Source: Oikopleura dioica
Taxonomy: Eukaryota; Animalia; Chordata
Reading direction: 5' to 3'
Length of the DNA stretch: 64,000 nt
Assembly (NCBI GenBank): GCA_907165135.1
Contig: OU015566.1
Span: forward strand, 8,680,001-8,744,000
The stretch's first letter is position 1. Every line of letters starts with the position of its first letter. Shown piece after piece: positions 59,864-64,000 of the stretch. The notes under the pieces were generated by a model. The model worked only from the letters and a program-made list of their open reading frames with translations, was not told the origin of the DNA and searched no databases. A program made the position numbers and the translations under genes.

Positions 59864-60653
59864 TTCTTTTTACTAGTACCTGCAAAATGTACAAATAAAT
59901 ATATTCCAAATAAAAACTTTCTTTCTCCGACCTACAATTTTGATAAGAAAAAAAGAGGAGAAAACGATTGACCAGGAAAAAACGGAGTACTGATAAGAAT
60001 GATGGATGAGACACAGCGGGTGAGGAGAGCGGAACCCGATCACCCGCCGAGCGGCTTTGGTTTCAAGTGCTCGCCGTGTGCGCCGCCGAATTAATCAAAA
60101 AAAGTAAAAGGCGGTGAAAAGTCGCAGCAAAACCGATTACATAATCCGCTTGGATCAAAACTTGAAGAGTGAGGCAAGCCCGGGCAGCAGTTGAAAAATA
60201 CTGTTGGCGGGGTACAAAAGGAACCCGAGGCGGGAACCTGATAAAATTTCAATTCAATCCCTGTTGTGTAAATATATAAACGCCTTGGGCGTGTATTGCT
60301 AAAGACCCACCCTTGACAAAATTGCGCCAGGTGCTTTTCTCGATGTCTGAAGAATACAGTAAGACGAATCTGTGCTCAAGGAAGTTGGCAGAAGCTGGAG
60401 AATTTATGACATTGAGATTTGCGAAGAGGAGGAGTTTTCGGAGCACGCTTTGAAGATTTCACTAATTTATATACCCAGTCACTTCAAACGAGGAGCAGTA
60501 TTTGCGCAGCAGAAATGGCGGAATGTATCAAACGATCACCAGTTATACAAGTTTATGCTCGCTGTCAGCATCGTGAATCAAAATGAAGAAAAAACTACAA
60601 GTTTCGCTTTGAACAAAATAAACTTTATTAAAAAAGAGAGTCGAAGAGTAAAG

Positions 60654-61222
60654 TTATGACTTCTGGGACGAATGTGTTCGACGATGCTTTGCAAGATGAT
60701 CTGATCGCATGAATCTTTTACCGCAAAAGTCGCATTTGAATCGTTTCTCGCCCGTGTGAGTTCGAATATGTCTCTGCAGCTCGTCTGATCGAGTGAAGCT
60801 CTTGCTACAGTAAGGCCAAGCACAGCGGAACGGGCGCTCTCCCAAATGCCAACGAATATGCGCCTGAGGTTGATTTGAGAATAGATGGGAAAAATTATAA
60901 CTACCTTTAGATGAGAAGTTTTTCCATAGACTTTATCGCAGTCTGGAAAAGGACAGTTGTGTTCTCTTTTAGCCCCGATCGGAAGAATTCGTTTTCCGTT
61001 TCGTTCATCTGTGCAGTTTGGGCACTGGCATCTGATGCATCTTCTTATCGGGGGTTGTATCGTAGGTATGGCTGAATCGAATGAAAATCAAAAACTTTCT
61101 TCGAAATCAAGGAAGACTACTCTTCTAATACCTGTTGCCGTTGACGGAGTAAGTCCGATAGGGAAGTAGGAGGCGATCTGTCTCAAAATAGCAACTTGCT
61201 GGAGATCTGCGGAAGTGATCAT
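60654..61222 (-). CDS. Compact canonical Sp-family (Sp5/buttonhead-like) zinc-finger factor
   Basis: Btd box [10 protein letters not shown]. Three fingers: [31 protein letters not shown] and [10 protein letters not shown]. Two short introns; about 160 aa. Confidence 0.92.
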
Positions 61223-61480
61223 TTTTACGATTTTTACTTTCGAAGAATGACATTGATGCTAGGCACACTTTGCATGAGAGCGAGGGCGCCGTTGTTGACA
61301 GACTACACTCGTGTATTGTTTTTTGCCCTGCCCTAGGGCGTGATCCTCAAAAACTCTGCTATATTGGAATTTCTGTATGCTTACGAAACACGGTGTATAA
61401 ACGACTATTCTTTTTATTTTGTTTCAAAGTGAGTGTAGGTTCGTTGCAGTCAAATTTTAGTTATCAAGGAGGATTAACCT

Positions 61481-61995
61481 TCAGGCGGTCTTCCAGTAGA
61501 GAGTGTTGATCAGGAGACGCATGTGAGGCAGAGCTTTTTGGTAGTGTTCCACTGTCTGGTTATGGCTCTCAGTCATCTTTTTGATTTTGTGTTGGTAGCT
61601 TGAGACGATCTTCCTAAGTTTTTCTGAAAGAAGAATTATTTTTTAATTTGGTGGAGAAAACTTACTGATTTCTTGATCTTGGTGCTCTTCAATACTCAAA
61701 GTATCCTTCTTTCCGGACTGTTGATTGTTATTTGAATCGGATGGTGTCAACCGGATGCTCCAAGTGCGGGCATCAATGTTTCTCCGTCTAAAATGTTGAT
61801 GAAGATCTAAGAGGACTAATAAATTGTTCACCTGTGCTTTTTTCTCTCCCGTCTGAACCAGTAATCGACATATTTAAAAGTCAGCTGCAGTTCTTCAGCG
61901 AGAGCCTCTCTCTTTGCTGGTGCTGGCGAGGGATTTATCTTGAAGAAAAGACGTAGTTTTCGAAGTTGGTCCTCTGTGCATTTGTACTGGGACAT
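61481..61995 (-). CDS. Atypical homeodomain protein with a helical C-terminus
   Basis: MSQYKCTEDQLRKLRLFFKINPSPAPAKREALAEELQLTFKYVDYWFRRERKK. Two GT-AG introns lead to ..KKLRKIVSSYQHKIKKMTESH..YWKTA*. The homeobox exon is missing from the ORF track. Confidence 0.8.
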
Positions 61996-62678
61996 TTTTT
62001 CTCACTGATCTGATCATACCTTCCGGCAAGAGGCTAAATAGCACTCGCTTGTCCGAAAGAGGGCGCTCTTCGATGCATCACCTGCGGCGGGTGAGCCGCC
62101 TAACTAACGTAGTCGAAAATGCACATCTGATAAACTAAGCTAGACGAAATTTCCAAATCAAATAACTGAAACTAATTGATTCTCTTCTCAACTTTTTGAA
62201 CGGATTTTGAATCCGGGATTCCGTTGGTAGCGCTTGGCGTTCAGGGGAAATGAGTCTGATTATAAACTTTCAAAATATTTACGCCAGCGTAAAACTCTGA
62301 GAGACTCCTCTTGTGAAAGATAAGAAAAAAACAAGATTCAATGAAATACTTGCATTTAATTTTCATTTTAACATCGACCGTAGATTCTCGCAGATTTCAG
62401 AGATTTGCGTCTCGCTGCATCAGGAAGAGATTCAAAATTGAATGAAAGCGAGAATAAAGCTTTTGATGAATTTCAACAAAAAGGCGGCAAGATCATGAAC
62501 GCCAAGTTGCGTGTTTTTGCAGAACCAAAAGTTTTTATCTATCATTTTGTTCATCTGCAGAAAATCATGGATTCTTAGCCATGAAGGGCTTTCAATATCT
62601 CAAAGAAAACTAAAAGATTAGAAAAAGACCATATTCTGTAGCCCCAAAAAAGAAGCTTCAAAAGACAACGGTATTCAC

Positions 62679-63310
62679 ATGTGCACCCTTTGCAATCAAA
62701 TCGGTATTTGGAACCGACTGTATAGGTGTAAAGACTCTCATGACTGCGCTGAAATGGAAGAAATTGTCGGCAACCTTCTTACAACCTCAGCGATTGAGTC
62801 GAAAATAGTCATTCTTTCTGACAGCGCTTTTGATTCAAACAAGAATCTGCTCGAACATGTGTCGATGAAATTTATGATTCAAGGGGAACTAAAGAAGAAT
62901 CGCCCAACCAACTGCAAGGAAATCCGGCAATTGTCGATGTGGGTCAAGGAACTAGTAAACAACTTTTATCGTTCGCGGATAGAGACAGTCCTGTTTACTT
63001 TCTAAAAAAAGCATCAAAGCGCGAAAAGAATCTTGCCGAAATCTACAGTGGCTCTTGGATTGAGTACAGCCTCAGTTTCGAATGGGTTCAAAACAGCATC
63101 GCCAGAAAAAGCCTAGAAAACGCTCTTCTCAAACTTCGAAGGCGCCAAGCAAGAGCACAGCTTATTCAACTTTCGTCAACACTGATGCGAAAATGTTTCA
63201 ATCCAAATGTTAAATTTGGATCTCTTAAAAATGTTACACGGGATTTGGATTCATCGGAAGTCTACGCTGGAAAATGGCTCGATGTATTCAGGAATGGGGT
63301 CGAAATCTAG
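62679..63310 (+). CDS. Hypothetical protein (two overlapping ORFs, probably one gene with a 1-nt deletion near 63000)
   Basis: ORFs 62679-63005 and 62939-63310 join as ..LFTFLKKASKREK.. if one T is added. No family recognised. Confidence 0.4.
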
Positions 63311-63497
63311 CCTAAAAGTTTTAGACTCTAAAACTACTTACGACGAAAACGACCCTGAGTGAGTGAGATTGACTACAGTAAGCTTGATTTTATTATGTAA
63401 TCGAATTCATAATAAACCGAATTCCGTCAAATAAACTTTATTAACAGGAAATTATTGAGAAGGTAATCATATCGTGATATAAAAGCAAGTGTTGCCA

Positions 63498-63780
63498 CTA
63501 AACCCAGTGAGCACCAAAAACATTTCCGTGGTCACTATTTTGATCGACATACGAGGAGAAGTCCCCCATGCTTTTGATCCAGTCTGCAACCACGTATTTG
63601 TCAAGATCGTCAGCTAAATAATAATTAAAATCATAACTAATCTCCCTCTATACTTAGCTTATCAATGACACCACTATCATCTTCAACATCTCTTTTGAAA
63701 GCAAAAGTGGGCGCTGTAAAAACAAGAAATGCATTTGAAAATTGAAGCAAATAGAATAAAACAAAATACTTATTCAGCAT
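63498..63780 (-). CDS. Small secreted protein, candidate peptide precursor (83 aa)
   Basis: Signal-like MLNKYFVLFYLLQFSNA, then FLVFTAPTFAF, KR and an acidic tail. The model needs a 31-nt GA-AG intron at 63614-63644. Confidence 0.45.
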
Positions 63781-64000
63781 TGTATATCTGAAAGGTGGTA
63801 ACTCGGTAACTAAGGGGGAAACGACATAAGCCGCTATCCTGCTATTGAATATAGTGTCGATAACCATTCGAGTTGTTAATTTATTTTCAATATTGCTAAT
63901 GACGATAAAACAGAAATTTTTTCTCATTTATTGAAGCCTTAAAAATTATACTTACAATAAACTTTATGGCTACTTATTGTATGCTGCTTGGTTAAATTCA

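Overview
This is eukaryotic DNA from a very compact animal genome. Most introns are about 30-90 nt, many have GA-AG or GC-AG ends, and intergenic spacers are short. That pattern best fits an appendicularian tunicate such as Oikopleura (inference). About 20 genes can be reconstructed by hand. In order: a possible PTCD3 5' end, SGF29, an HP1-like gene with two chromoshadow domains, Kv2/Shab, a 22-kb integrin beta4-like gene, two unknown genes, a divergent pentameric ligand-gated channel, a TSP1/pentraxin/trypsin/CUB mosaic protease, a ZP-type secreted protein, a hAT-type MITE, a GT31 glycosyltransferase, USP31/43 and a coiled-coil C1q protein. The window ends in a developmental/neuroendocrine block: two divergent Sp-like genes, GnRH, Six1/2, a canonical Sp gene, an atypical homeobox, an unknown ORF pair and a candidate peptide precursor. 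Two results stand out. (1) The integrin beta4-like gene appears to splice into a cytoplasmic tail of about 5,800 aa, built from roughly 40 or more tandem Calx-beta domains plus four FN3 domains. (2) An intron-split GnRH precursor (QHWSYGWHPG-GKKR), absent from the ORF track, lies 1.5 kb upstream of Six1/2. All exon structures were inferred by eye. At least two, probably three, single-base homopolymer deletions may be assembly errors.
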